Source: Mobula birostris (lineage: Eukaryota). Taken from it: a stretch of DNA of 64,000 bases. A program made the translations under genes and the position numbers. Shown here piece by piece: positions 48,600-61,900 of the stretch. Positions within the stretch are counted from its first letter, which is position 1, and every line of letters begins with the position of its first letter. The notes below the pieces were generated by a model. The model searched no databases and had not been told where the DNA came from. It was given only the letters and a program-made list of their open reading frames with translations. The stretch lies in contig NC_092379.1 in assembly GCF_030028105.1 (NCBI RefSeq), positions 25,165,821 through 25,229,820 of the forward strand, given 5' to 3'.

Positions 48600-49885
48600 C
48601 AGTGGCTTGCAAAAGTTTGAGCACCCCTGCTCAAAATTTCTGTTATTGCGAATAGCGAAGAGAGTAAAAAAAAAAGAACTGATTTCCAAAAGGCGGAAAG
48701 TTAAAGACAACACATTTCTTTCATATTTTAAGCAGGATTTTTTTTTTTTATTTCCATCTTTTACAGTTTCAAAATCACAAAAAAGGAAAAGGGACCGAGG
48801 CAAAATTTTTGGCACCCTCCATGGCAGTACTTAGAAACACCTCCTTGGGCAAGAATAACAGCTTGTAAACGCTTTTGGTAGCCAGCTAAGAGTCTTTCAA
48901 TTGTTGTTTGGGGGATTTTCGCCCATTTTTCCTTGCAAAAGTGTTCTAGTTCTGTGAAATTTTTGGGCCGTCTTGCATGCACCGCTCTTCTGAATTCTAT
49001 CCACAGATTCTCGATGATGTTAAAGTCAGGGGACTGTGAGGGCCATGGCAACACGTTTAACTTCCGCCTCTTGAGGTATTCCATTGTGGATATTCATGTG
49101 TGTCTGGGTTCACTATCCTGTTGTAGAAGCCCTCATCTTTTCATTTTTTGCGTTTTTACAGTGTGATGTTTGCTTCCAGAATTTGCTGGTAATTAATTGA
49201 ATTTATTCTTCCCTCTATCTGTCATGGACCGGTCCGTGAAGTGTGCATTCCGGTTCACGGATCGGTCTGTGGACTCAGGACTCCGGCTCTGGCAGCTGTC
49301 CCTTGCATTTGGGTCCGTTCCCAAAGCCCCACTGTTACAGAACGAACCAGCCATACATGGACACAACAAGGCAGACACTGTCGTCTAGCTCCCGTCACTC
49401 TGGGTTCCCTCCTGATTGAGTAACAACCCCCCCCCCCCCACCCAACCAGCCCGAGCATCCTTAGACCTGGAGAGCCTCTGTGGTCGCCCGGAGGCTCTCA
49501 TAGAAGGAGGGGCTGGGGGGGGGGGGTGGGGAGGGAGTGGAACTATCATGGTCCGGTCCGAGAAGTCCGCATTCTGGTTCACTGTCCGGTCTGTAGACTC
49601 AGGACTCTGGGTCTTCCAGCTGTCCCTTGCATTTGGGTCCGTTCCCAACGCCCCACCGTGACACTGCCAGCAATTGTTCGAGGTGCCACTGGTTGCGAAA
49701 CAAGCCCAAAGAATGATCGATCCACCTCATGCTTAACAGTTGATGAGGGGTTATTTTCATGAAATTCTGCACCATTTTTTCTCCAAACAGAGCTTTGACC
49801 ATGGCGGCCAACAAGTTCTATTTTCACTTCATCAGTCCACAGGACGTGGTTGCAAAATGCAACAGGCTTGTTTAGATTGTCCTCT
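48600..49885 (-). mobile_element. Tc1/mariner transposon remnant, interrupted at 49220-49663
   Basis: TIR CAGTGGCTTGCAAAAGTTTG at 48600; transposase WPSQSPDFNIIENLW (48761-49084) and a TDEVKIELVG first-Asp region near 49800-49840. Confidence 0.9.
49220..49663 (+). mobile_element. miniature LTR element (TRIM-like)
   Basis: About 120-bp direct terminal repeats 49220-49339 and 49543-49663 (TG...CA), 203-bp non-coding interior, G-rich PPT before the 3' repeat. Confidence 0.8.
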
Positions 49886-49974
49886 TAACCTTTTGAATGG
49901 AACTTCTTGGCTGCAATTTCGAAAAGTGTCTTTGTTATTTCAATTTCCATCTACTTTATCCTTTCTGGACTAGA

Positions 49975-52900
49975 ATCATGAAAACACAGAGACATAGAAA
50001 ACCTACAGCACAACGCAGGCCCTTCGTCCCACAAAGCCGTGCGGAACATGTCTCTACCTTAGACCTACCTAGACCTACTCATAGCACTGTATTTTTCTCG
50101 GCTCCATGGACCTATCTAGGAGTCTCTTTAAAGACTTTATCGTTTCCGCCTCCACCAATACCGCCGGCAGGCATTCCACGCAATCTCCACTCTCTGCGTA
50201 ACAAAACCTATCCCTGAACCTCCTCTGTACCTACTTCCAAGCTCCATAAAACTATGCCCTCTCTTTTTAGACACTTTATCCCTGGGTAAAAGCCTCTGAT
50301 CCACGCGATTAATGCATCTCATAATCTGTACACATCTATTAGGTCACCTGTCATCCTCCGTCGCTGCAAGGAGAAAAGACGGAGTTCACCCAACCTATTC
50401 TCATAAGGCATGCACCCGAATCCAGGCAACATCCTTGTAAACTCCATTTCACCTTTTCTGTAGTTCCACATTTTTCCTGTAATGAGGCGAACAGAACTAA
50501 GCACAGTACTCCAAGTGGAGTCTGTCGGTGGTCCTATAAAACTGCAACATTATATTTCGGCTCTTAAATCAATCACATGGTTGATGAAGGCCAATTCATC
50601 GTGTGCCTTTTAACTACAGAGTCAACTTGCGCAGCAGCCTTGAGCGTCCTATGTATCCGACCCCAAGATTCCTCTGATCCTCCACACTGCCAAGAGTCTG
50701 ACGTGAGTGGAGGAGAAGATGGTGCCGCGACGCAGTGCGCGCGGCGGTCCGAAATGATATGGTATTTTTTAGTAGGAGACGTGCACATCCTGATCTGATG
50801 GAGACAGACGTATAGAGTCACGGAGGAACATCTGAAGGAACTTCTGAAATGCCTGCTTCGCTGCCGCTACTACTGTACGATCGAGAATTTCCGGAAGGGA
50901 AGGCCCCAAATCCTCGGCTTTGCCTAATACCTGTTGCCGCGGACCGGGTCGAAGCGCTCGGCAGAGATGGTGCTCCGTGCTCGGTGTCGGAGGGCCGGTC
51001 GGAGGCTCGAATTTTTCGGACGGACTCAGATTCGGACTTTGGTTGGCTGCTTCCGGGATGCTACATCGGCAAGTGTACGGCGGTGGAGCTCATGGCAGGG
51101 GGAGTTTTTCCCTTCAACCGTCTGCGTAAGATGATACGACTTCCGAGAGTCTATGAGACTTTATTTTTACCTTGTCCATGGTCTGTTCTTCATCAAATTA
51201 CGTTATTTGTTTTCCACCGTTGTATCTATGTGTTATAATTATGTGGTTTCTGTCAGTTTTTTTTTTTTTTTTTTGTCTTGGTTAGTCTCGTGCTTCTGTG
51301 ATATCGTTCTGGAGGAACGTATTGTATCATTTCTTCATGCATGCATTACTAAATGACAATAAAGGGGGACTGCGTGTCTTTATAACCTAATCTAATTAAT
51401 ACTATATTCTGCCATCATGTTGGACCAACGAAAATTAATCACCTCACATATCTCTGGGTTAGGCTCCATCTTCCACTTCACAGCCCAGTTTTGCATCCTA
51501 TCAAGGTCCCGCTTTAACTCTGACAACCCTCCGCACGCTCCACAACACACCAACCTTTCTGTCTTTACCCCATTTACTAACCCATCCCTCCACCTTCTTA
51601 TTGAGGTCACTTATATAAATCATGAAGAGTACTGGTCCCAGAATAGGTACCTGAGGAACACCACTGGATACCGACATCCATGCAGAATATGACCTATCTA
51701 CAACCAATCTTAGTCTTCTGTGGCAAGCCAGTTCTGTATCCACAAAACAATGTTCCCTTGGATCCCATGCCTCCTTACTTTCTCAATAAGTTTGCATGGG
51801 GTAGCTTATATAATGGTTTGCTGAAATCCACTTATACTACGTCTATGGCTCTACCTTCATCAATGTGTTTGCTTACATCCTCAGAATTTCAATATGGCTC
51901 GTAAGGAACAACCTCCCTTTGAAAAAGTCATGTTGTCTCTGACTAATCATATCATCCCTCTATAAATGTTCATAAATCCTGGCACTCAGGATATTCTCCA
52001 TCAAATTACTAACCACTGAAGTAAAATTCACTGGTCTATAACATCCTGGGCTATCTCGACAGGCTTTTTCGATAAAGGGAACAACATGCTCAATCATCCA
52101 ACGCTCCGGAACCTCTTCTGTCCTCATTTATGAAACAAAGATCATTGCCAGAGTCTCAGCAATCTCTCACCTCGTTTTCCATAGTAGGCTGGGTTACATC
52201 CCGTCCTGTCGCTGTGACAGCCAATCTCATGGTTTCCAAAAGCTTTAGCACATCCTGTTCCTTAATATACACCATCAATCGTTTTATGCCACTGCAAGTC
52301 ATCCCTACAATCGTCAAGATCCTTTTCCGTATTGAATACTGAAGCAAAACATTCATCAAGTATGTCTGCTATCTCCTCCAGTTCATACACACATTTCCAC
52401 TTACACAGTTGATTGGTCCTATTCTCTTACTTCTTATCCTCTTGCCCTTCACATGCTTATAGAATGTCTCGGGGTTTTCCTTAATCTTGTCCGCAAAGGC
52501 ATTCTCATGGCCCCTTCCTGCTCTCCTAATTGCATTCTTAAGCTCCTTTCTGCTAGCCTTATAATCTTCCAGATCCTTCTGATGACCCAATTTTTTTAAC
52601 CTTTCCTAAGCTCTCCTTTTATTCTTGACTAGATTTACAACAGTCTTTGTACACTACAGTTTCTGTATCCTGCCATCCTATCCCTGTTTTAATGGAACGT
52701 ACCAATGCAGAAGCCCACGTAAGTATCCCCTGAATAGTTGCCATATTATTTCCTGAAGCTTCCCTGAGAACACCTGTTTCCAATTTAGGCTTCCAAGTCC
52801 CTTCCTGATAACCTCTTATTTCTCCTTGGTGCATTTAAACGTTTTCGTAACTTGTCTGTTCTTATCCCTCTCCAATGCTATGGTTAAGGGCATGGAATTA

Positions 52901-54790
52901 TGATCACTATCTCCAAAATGTTCTCCCACTGAGAGACTTGACACATAACCAGGCTCATTTGCCAAAACCAGATCAGGTACAGCCTTTCCTCTTGTAGGCT
53001 TATATAAAATTTCTTCCTGAAACATTGTTGATTGCACCTAACAAATTCCACCCCATCTAAACACCGTACTCATTGATAATGCCAATTAAGAGCTGGAAAA
53101 TTAAAATTTTGCACCACAACAACCCTGTTACTACTACATCTTCGCAGAATCTGTCTCCCTCTCTGCTCCTCGATGTCCCTGTTCTTATTGGGTGGTCTGA
53201 AAAAAACACCCAGTAGAGTTTTTGATCCCTTCCTCCCCCTTCTCCCAAAGAGACTCCGTAGACAAACCCTCCATGACTTACTTCTTTTCTGCAACAGTGA
53301 CACTATCCTTGTTCAACAGTACCACGACCCCAACTTTTTTGCCTCCGTCCCTGTTCTTTCTGAAATATCTACATACTGTTTGTTCAAATAGCCATTCCTG
53401 TCCTTGCAACATCCAAGTCTCTGTAACGGCCACAGTATCATAGCTCCAAGTGTTGTTTCACGTCTAAACTCATCCGCTTTGTTCATAATACTCATTGAAT
53501 TGAACTAGACACATCTCAAACCATCGGTCTGAGCGGTGCCCCTTCTCTATCACCCGCCTTTTCGCACTGTCTCCAAGCTTACTCCATTTCTGAGTCAAAC
53601 CCCCTTTCCTCCGTCACTTCAGTTTCGTTCCCACCCCTCCTCCCCCAGAAACTGCAGTTTGAACTCTCCCCAATCGCCTCAGCAAACCTCCCCGCCAGGA
53701 TATTTGTCCCCTGGGATTCAAGTGCAACTTTTTTTTTTTTTTTGTAGAGGTCACGTCTGCCCCAAAAGAGATCCCAGTTATCCAGAAATCTGAATCCCTG
53801 CCCCCGCTCCAATCCCTCAGCGACGCATTTATCCTTCACCTCACTCTATTCCTGTGCTCATTGTCACATAGCACGGTGAGTAATCCCGAGTTTGCTACTA
53901 CCTTTGAGGTCCCTCCTTCCTGTAGTCTGTTTCCAGGACCTCATCCATTTTTATACTTAAGTCGTTCGTACCACTATGTACCCCGATCTCTGCATGTTCT
54001 CTTTCCCATTTCAAGACATCATGGACATAATCATGAAACAGCCCGGACCCCGGCACCATTTTCTTTCCTGCCTCCATGGAATTGCCTGTCTGACCCCTTA
54101 ACCATAGTGTGCCCTGTCATTGCTGCATCCTCTTCCTTTCCCTACCATTCTGCGCCGCAGGGCCAACTCTGTGCTAAAGGCAGTAGTACTGTTGCTTCCA
54201 TCAGGTAGGCCGTCACCACCACCCCCACTAACAGTACTCAAGCAGGAAACGTATTTACAAGCTGTACAGCCACAGTGGTGACTAGTGTCTGACTCCTGTT
54301 CTTCTACCTCCTGACTGTTGCCCACTTATCTGTGTGCCCAGGCCCCGGAGTGAATCCCTACCTATAGCTCCTCTCTGTCAACTCCTCACTTTCAGTGACC
54401 AGACGATGTCCATCGATCTACATCTCCAGTTCCCTAGCGCGGTCCCTAAGGGGATGCAGCTCGACGCCTCTGGTGCAGATGTGGCAGTTTGTAAGGCTGG
54501 GTGTCTCCAAGACTTCGAATGTCTGACACAGAGCAAAGAAAACCGGCTTCACAGACATACGTCCTGTCTGCATTCTACACAGATAAGCTACATCGAGCCC
54601 ACCCTTTATCGTCGAAGCCCCGTTGAACCAAAGCCTTCCTACCCTGTCTCCCTCGCTCTTCCGTTCGCTCTTCCGACGCCCAATGTTAAATCTGTTTTTT
54701 TTTTTTTTTTTTTTAACTCTTATCGCAGTTCTCACTGGATGACTTCCACGGGCTTATGCCGTCATACTCCGTTCAAACTGCAGAAAAACT
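49975..54790 (-). mobile_element. long decayed CR1 LINE (3' tail through endonuclease to ORF1/5' region)
   Basis: CATAGAAAAC tail at 49990; RT pieces 50319-50504 and 51392-51743; endonuclease pieces 52816-53495; 5' remnants to about 54780. Confidence 0.85.
50700..51395 (+). mobile_element. non-autonomous retroposon inserted into the CR1
   Basis: Splits the CR1 sequence CCAAGAGTCT / ATTAATACTATATTC; GC-rich head AAGATGGTGCCG; (TAATC)n-like tail. Confidence 0.6.
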
Positions 54791-54869
54791 AAAACAATTG
54801 GAAATTGTTTGTGTTCTAGAATTGTTTTCGTTTTATTTTAATTTGGAAATATTTGATAATATTTCAGGA

Positions 54870-55475
54870 TTCAAGATATTCAAAGTTTCAAAGGTTCAAA
54901 GCTTCTTAGGTCAAATTTAGTGGAAGGAAAATGTACACAATATACATCCTGAAATGCTTTTTCTTAGTAATATCCAAGAAAACAGAGAACAGCCCCAAGG
55001 ATGACCTAGTGTTAAACGTGAGAACCCCAAAGTCCCCCAGCTCCCCCCTCCCGCGCGTAAGCGGCAGCGAGCAACTATCCCCCCTCACCCCACCCCAAAA
55101 AAAAAAAAAAAAAACACGCATCGGCACTAACACCGAGCCAAAGCGTGTGCTAATCAACACCAAAGACGCCGAACAAAATTATCACAAGGTCTTTGCATTT
55201 CATCCCAAATTCGACAATCCACAATTTGTGACTCTCCCTGGAAAGGGAAAGGCAGTTTTCTTCTAGGTTCACAGCGAGCAGGAGATATAATAGCAACCGG
55301 CCGGTTTCGTTTTTAAAAGGCCGCATTGGCGCTTTTTCCGAGATCTATGTCCGAAGATCACAAAGACCTCGGGTACTCGTGCCCACAGCTGAACATTTTC
55401 TAGCCTCGCCGACGACATACCGGTCTCCTGCCGTGACACCCACCCTCGATCCGCCCGTCTCCGGAGCCCCAAGAT
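54870..55475 (-). mobile_element. non-autonomous retroposon with TTCAAGA-type tail
   Basis: Repeated TTCAAGAT/TTCAAAG tail at 54865-54900 and GC-rich head near 55470. Confidence 0.45.
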
Positions 55476-55479
55476 CTTA

Positions 55480-55720
55480 CACCATAAGAACTTAAGATTA
55501 CTGAGTAGAAGTAGGCCATTCGGCCCATCGAGTCTGTTCCGCCATTCATTTATGGGTTGATTTACCTCATCCCGTGATCCCCACTCCCCTGCTTTCACCC
55601 TATACCCGCTGATGCCCAGGTAATCAAGAACCTATCTATTTCTGCCTTAAACACACATAATGACTGGACATCCACAGCCGCTCGTGGCAACAAATTCCAT
55701 AGATTTTCCACCCTCTTAGT
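55480..55720 (-). mobile_element. CR1 3' end
   Basis: CATAAGAAC tail and AGGCCATTCGGCCCATCGAG 3' UTR motif like that at 32660-32760. Confidence 0.75.
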
Positions 55721-56364
55721 ACAGTCATCTCAGGCTGCTGAACACGATCGAGATTCTAAGGCCAAACCCTCAGCATGTCCAATAGAGGGCAGTGCTGGAG
55801 CCCAGAGTACGAGTCCCATTCCCGCAAAAGAACCGAAGCCTGCGTGCAACTCCACGTCAGCGTCTTCCAAAGATCCCTGAAAGAGTAAAACAAAGATATT
55901 GAAGATAGAAGTAGAGATGTGATCATATATAAATCCTCTGGAAGTGTGCAAAGTAGTTTCACATGCTCCTTGGATTGAAGCGTCCATCACTAAAAAAAAA
56001 AAAAAAAAACTGTGTTTTCACCAACCTTGTGAGACCGAAGTATCTTCTGCACGGTAAAGAGAGGACGCATTGATCCAATAGCGGGTAGAATCATCGAAAC
56101 TCATCGTGGACGGAAAAAAAAAAGGAAGTAAGCTAGCCGTTGAGGATTATGAAGATACGTAATTATCTACAGCCTATCGAATTAACTAGTGGTTACTTAA
56201 GTTCGATAGGGGTTAAAATCTTCGATTGCCTTTAGCACTTTTAGGTCAGCATTCCCAATACCATCAGTCAGCAGTGGTCCAAAACAGATAGATTTCAACA
56301 TGTACGACGACACCTCAACTAATACTATAAAATGTTTGACTTCCAGGTTTCCAAAAATTCCGCA

Positions 56365-58592
56365 GGGATAGATCTGGTCCTAGGGTTGAGGTTCTGAACT
56401 GGAAGAAGGCCAAATTTGAAGAAATGAGAAAAAATCTAAAAAAGCGTGGTTTGGGACAGGTTGTTCTCTGGCAAAGATGTGATTGGTAGGTGGGAAGCCT
56501 TCAAAGGGGAAATTTTGAGAGTGCAGAGTTTGTATGTTCCTGTCAGGATTAAAGGCAAATTGAATAGGATTAAGGAACCTTGGTTCTCAAGAGATATTGC
56601 AACTCTGATAAAGAAGAAGAGGGAGTTGTATGAAATGTATAGGAAACAGGGGGTAAATCAGGTGCTTGTGGAGTATAAGAAGTGCAAGAAAATACTTAAG
56701 AAAGAAATCAGCAGGGCAAAAAGAAGACATGAAGTTGCCTTGGCAGTCAAAGTAAAAGATAATCCAAAGAGCCTTTACAAGTATATTAAGAGCAAAAGGA
56801 TTGTAAGGGATAAAATTGGTCCTCTTGAAGATCAGAGTCATCGGCTTTGTGCGGAACCAAAGGAAATGGGGGAGATCTTAAATAGTTTTTTTTGCGTCTG
56901 TATTTACTAAGGAAGCTGGCATGAAATCTATGGAATTGAGGGAATCAAATAGTGAGACCATGGAAACTGTACAGATTGAAAAGGAAGAGTTGCTTGCTGT
57001 CTTGAGGAAAATTAAAGTGGATAAATCCCCGGGACCTGACAGAGTGTTCCCTCGGACCAGGAAGGAGACGAGTGCTGAAATTGCGGGGACCCTGGCAGAA
57101 ATATTTAAAATGTCGCTGTCTTCGGGTGAAGTACCGGGGGATTAGAGATTGGCTCATGTTGTTCCGTTGTTTAAAAAAGGATCGAAAAGTAATCCGGGAA
57201 ATTATAGGCCGGTGAGTTTAACGTCAGTAGTAGGTAAATTATTGGAGGGAGTACCAAGAGACAGAATCTACAAGCATTTGGATAGACAGGGGCTTATTAG
57301 TCAGCATGGCTTTGTGCATGGTAGGTCATGTTTGACCAATCTGTTGGAGTTTTTCGAGGAGGTTACCAGGAAAGTGGATGAAGGGAAGGCAGTGGATATT
57401 GTCTACATGGACTTCAGTAAGGCCTTTGACAAGGTCCCGCATGTGCGGTTAGTTAGGAAAGTTCAGTCGCTCAGTATACATGGAGAGGTGGTAAATTGGA
57501 TTAGACATTGGCTCGATGGAAGAAGCCAGAGAGTGGTGGTAGAGAATTGCTTCTCTGAGTGGAGGCCTGTGACTAGTGGTGTGCCACAGGGATCAGTGCT
57601 GGGCCCATTGTTATTTGTCATCTATATCAATGATCTGGATGATAATGTGGTAAATTGGATCAGCAAATTGCTGATGATACAAAGATTGGAGGTGTAGTAG
57701 ACAGTGAGGAAGGTTTTCAGAGCCTACAGAGGGACTTGGACCAGTTGGAAAAATGGGCTGAAAAATGGCAGATGGAGTTTAATACTGACAAGTGTGAGGT
57801 ATTGCACGTTGGAAGGACAAACCAACGTAGAACATATAGGGTTAATGGTAAGGCACTGGGGAGTGCAGTGGAACAGAGGGATCTAGGAATACAGATACAA
57901 ATTTCCCTAAAAGTGTTGTCACAGGTAGATAGGGTCGTAAAGAGAGCTTTTGGTACATTGGCCTTTATTAATCGAAGTATTGAGTATAATAGCTGGAATG
58001 TTATGATGAGGTTGTATAAGGCATTGGTGAGGCCGAATCTGGAGTATTGTGTTCAGTTTTGGTCACCAAATTACAGGAAGGATATAAATAAGGTTGAAAG
58101 AGTGCAGATAATGTTTACAAGGATGTTGCCGGGACTTGAGAAACTGATTTACAGAGGAAGGTTGAATTGGTTAGGACTTTATTCCCTGGAGTGTAGAAGA
58201 ATGAGGGGAGATTTGATAGAGGTATATAAAATTATGATGGGTATAGATAGAGTGAATGCAATCAGGCTTTTTTCCACTGAGCCAAGGGGTGAAAAAAAAA
58301 CAGAGGACATAGGTTAAGGGTGAGGGATGAAAAGTTTAAAGGAAACATTAGGGGGGGGCTTCTTCACACAGAGAGTGGTGGGAGTATGGAATAAGCTGCC
58401 AGACGAGGTGGTAAATGCGTGTTCTTTTGTAACATTTAAGAATAAATTGGACAGATACATGGATGGGAGGTGTATGGAGGGATATGGTCCGTGTGCAGGT
58501 CAGTGGGACTAGGCAGCAAATGTTTCGGCACAGCCAAGAAGGGCCAAAAGGTCTGTTTCTGTGCTGTAGTTTCTATGGATTCTATGGTTTCT
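56365..58592 (+). mobile_element. 5'-truncated CR1 LINE, copy B
   Basis: ORFs 56446-56910, 57149-57697 and 57655-58317 ([19 protein letters not shown]); TTCTATGG tail; inverted close match to 14455-16668. Confidence 0.95.
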
Positions 58593-59037
58593 AAATGCTT
58601 ATAATGCAGCAGTAATATGGGGCGATATTCACTGCCATTCGTCTAATCTTGAAAAAAAGTGGTTTATTAACTAGTTCAAACATCGTAATAAAGAGATGGA
58701 ACATAGTGTAAAATGCATGCACTTTGATATGCCAAACCACGTATTGTTGTCAAAATATGCACTGACGTTTTGACACAGTAACCGTCATTATAACAAATGC
58801 TGAGGGGATTGACTCTTAAGATGGATAGATAATGCATTAAGCTGACTAATGGACTTTGGTCATACTCACTTTTTGAACATGAAATAAAGTGTTTTAGGAA
58901 ACTATCATTAGAAAAAATCTAAGCTCTCGTAGAAAAGTAAGTAATGTTGGCTTGGCAATTATTATCGATTCTGCAAAGTTGCAAATCAGTTCAGGCCTTT
59001 TACATTTTGCGATAGCTTTCAGACCTGACTGTGCTCG

Positions 59038-59068
<31 letters not shown>

Positions 59069-59199
59069 TAAAGGGCAGGTGTAGATCAGAAATAATTTTT
59101 TTTTATTATTTTTTACCCCCAAAATAACATGAGGGCACAAAGTTATTTGATTAATACTTTTTTTGTGAAGCGAATACTGCAGAGATCATATTGATTTAT

Positions 59200-60700
59200 T
59201 TTCACATTAGGGATCACCTGTAATGAAGTGACGGGGAAAAGAAAAACGTGGCTTTGGAATTAAAATCAGAGCACAACCAGGCTATTACATCTCCGAAGCT
59301 GGTATTAACCATTGAAGTGAAGTTTGTGATCCCAGACGGACGATAAAATCAGTCGACCCACTGGTACGTGATCTGTTCGGAAACCAGGGAACCAAGGCAC
59401 CCGGGGTGATAGAAAGGAAGTGCCTTGCTGTCTTAAGAGCAAGGACAAAAATGAACATCCTGTCAAGAAATGATTGAACTATACATAAAATAATCCTAAG
59501 ATAAATGGAGGAAAAACGACCCCTTGGAAATACCAGACTATTGAATGGCCTCTGAAATAATTCGCAGATATATGAAAACGGACTGTTGCCACCCAGTCAA
59601 GTATGGTGGAAGCTTTTCAACCTGAGACTAACACGGACAAAGCAATCGCAAAAAGCAACTAACTAACTTGTTCGAAGTGGAGTTTACTAGCGGAATTAGC
59701 TCGATGTAGAGTGTCTGATCAGGGCATGCATTCTGTGGCCGAAATAATGCAAAAGATCATGATGCCTTTAGGATTAAGCAGAATGTTTATATGTTGAACA
59801 ATTATCAGTATAGTGGAATTGTAGAAATAGTGAGCAGACCATGAAAAGTACATGATGCCTAAAATGCAGCAAAAACATGGAACAACATGGCCGGTAGTTT
59901 TACCTTTGATTATGATAAGGAATATCCGTAGCATCGTCGATGAGTTATACCCTTATAAACTCATGGCGGACAGACGTCAGGGGATTGGAGGAATTGTTAC
60001 GGTTAAGTTTGTCAGAATCTAAAACAACTGGGAAAGTACAGAAAATCGGGCATGACAGTTATTAGGGATGGTGAAGGAGACTAACTATATGGCGGCCAGT
60101 CAATCGAAAAAAAAAACAGCAACAAAATAAGGCCTAATATGACTGAAATCTCAGTCGCACAGAAATAAGCCCAGGGCAAAGCGCGCTGATTAGAATGCAT
60201 CAGCTCCATTTTAAAATTCAAGGTTTTCAGGATACAGTGAAATTATGCACGCAAGTCAATCAATATACCGGATACAGATTTCACCGGATAAAATTGAATT
60301 GTATCACATCAGGCAACTGAAATTGGTGAAGGGAAGCAGGAACACTATGATAATCCCCAACTACCTATGATGTGCAAGATAGAGGCAATTTTGGAGACTT
60401 GACAATTGTTGTTCATGACAGTTATGACCTGGAGAATTTGGCTTTCAACAACTGTTCCAAGAAGAACAGATATGAAGAATGGATATATTTTCCACTTTCA
60501 CAGCCTGAGAATAAAAGACAAGACGAAATGGATTGAGCCCTGCCTGCCCTTTCCTGAAACATAATTGGATGAGAAACTATGGGCGGCTTGAGTCTACCAT
60601 GAGTCTAGATTGGATGGTTTAAAAAAATCATGACAAAAATATGAACGTAAAGTAAGTCAAGATTGAAACTGGAAGTAAGAACAAATATCATCCATGTTTG
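59200..60700 (+). mobile_element. decayed ERV integrase/env-like remnant
   Basis: KHGTTWPVVLPLIM...LYPYKLMADR near 59870-59975 resembles the retroviral integrase WxxxLPLxL and LSPYEI motifs; many stops. Confidence 0.45.
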
Positions 60701-61059
60701 GGACAGATTTAATTCGACATTAAGAGTATAATGTATCTTATTTTGATGCAAATAGCCATGACGGGGGCGTTAGTTGGTTATGCTTCATCACCATTACTGC
60801 GTACGAACATATCAACAACGACTGCATTATATGATAACAATCGATGAAAAAAATATATATATTTTCTCAACGGACACGATTATTACTGTCTCATGTCGGA
60901 GAAATAGAGGACTCGAAATTCTATGATCCTGGTTTATATAGTTTAATGAGCGTTGATTAAACCTTAAGTATTCCAAGGGGTACAAAGGATTTTTTAGGCA
61001 TCCGTTAGACTCAAGAGACCATGGATGTGCGCCTTGGAAACTTTGCACAGCGCAGGCCT

Positions 61060-61281
61060 GGGTAAGGTTGTATCGAAAACCAGTAGTTGCCATTGCTGCA
61101 AGTCCCCCTCTCCACGTCACCGATGTTGTCCAAGGAAAGTGCATTAGGACCCATACAGCTTGGCACCGGTGTCGTAGTAGAGCAATGTGTGGTTAAGTGC
61201 CTTGTTAAGCGCCTCAGCCAAAGCTCGAACCGGCGATCTTCAAATCACTAGAAGAACGCCTTAACCACTTGGCCACACGCC
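61060..61281 (-). mobile_element. tRNA-derived SINE
   Basis: Minus strand GGCGTGTGGCCAAGTGGTTAAGG (A box) and GGTTCGAGC (B box), followed by a SINE body. Confidence 0.65.
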
Positions 61282-61599
61282 AGCATAAAGGATTAATTCA
61301 TATGTAATTAAACTCTGGAGGTGGCATTGTTTAGTTATCCAGAAGAGATAATCATCATTCAGTTTCTAATCCCAGTTATTCAGCAGCCTTCAGCTGATGA
61401 TGGTCGTTTTAAGAATACAGTTCTGTGGGATCAGACGCATGTGCACATTGAGTGAGGAGAGATGAGTGACATACAACGGACTCAAAAGTATATCGAACGT
61501 ACAAAGAAGCTGACATTCCAGGAAACCCTGCGGAGCAGAAAGCGCGAAGAGTCCGTCTTTCGCCTCCCACCGCGACATCCAGATCACTTCAATATGGCG

Positions 61600-61900
61600 C
61601 GTCGTGTGAATCGTCCACAAGTTAAAAGGCGCCTCGTCCTCCGTCTTAGGCTCTATTGCCTTGATAAGGCCAGTACCAGCGCTTTCCAATTATGCCCGGC
61701 TCAGAAATACATCTCCAACCTTCAATCTCTACTCGTTTCGTTTCTGCTCGTTTCACCTCACCTCGGCTCCGCCTGATGGAATTTCATAATTTCCTATTCG
61801 GAATGCCTTTGAGATCGTTTAAATCTTGAATCTTTCCTCCCTTCGGCTGCACAGCCTCAAATTGGCTCCAAATTTTCTCCAGTAACTCCGGCATAAACGT
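61600..61900 (-). mobile_element. decayed BEL/Pao-like integrase C-terminal remnant
   Basis: QKRNE*RLKVGDVF resembles the RxLKVGDxVL motif. Confidence 0.35.

Noticed and set aside
60746-60753. Isolated octamer ATGCAAAT
   Set aside because: Single 8-mer at the edge of an ERV remnant, with no leader exon or motif cluster; expected by chance in 64 kb.
61620-61670. EPKTEDEA on the minus strand, resembling the lambda-V KTEDEADYYC motif
   Set aside because: No YxC, no upstream W or C framework and no RSS; the context fits a BEL/Pao integrase tail.
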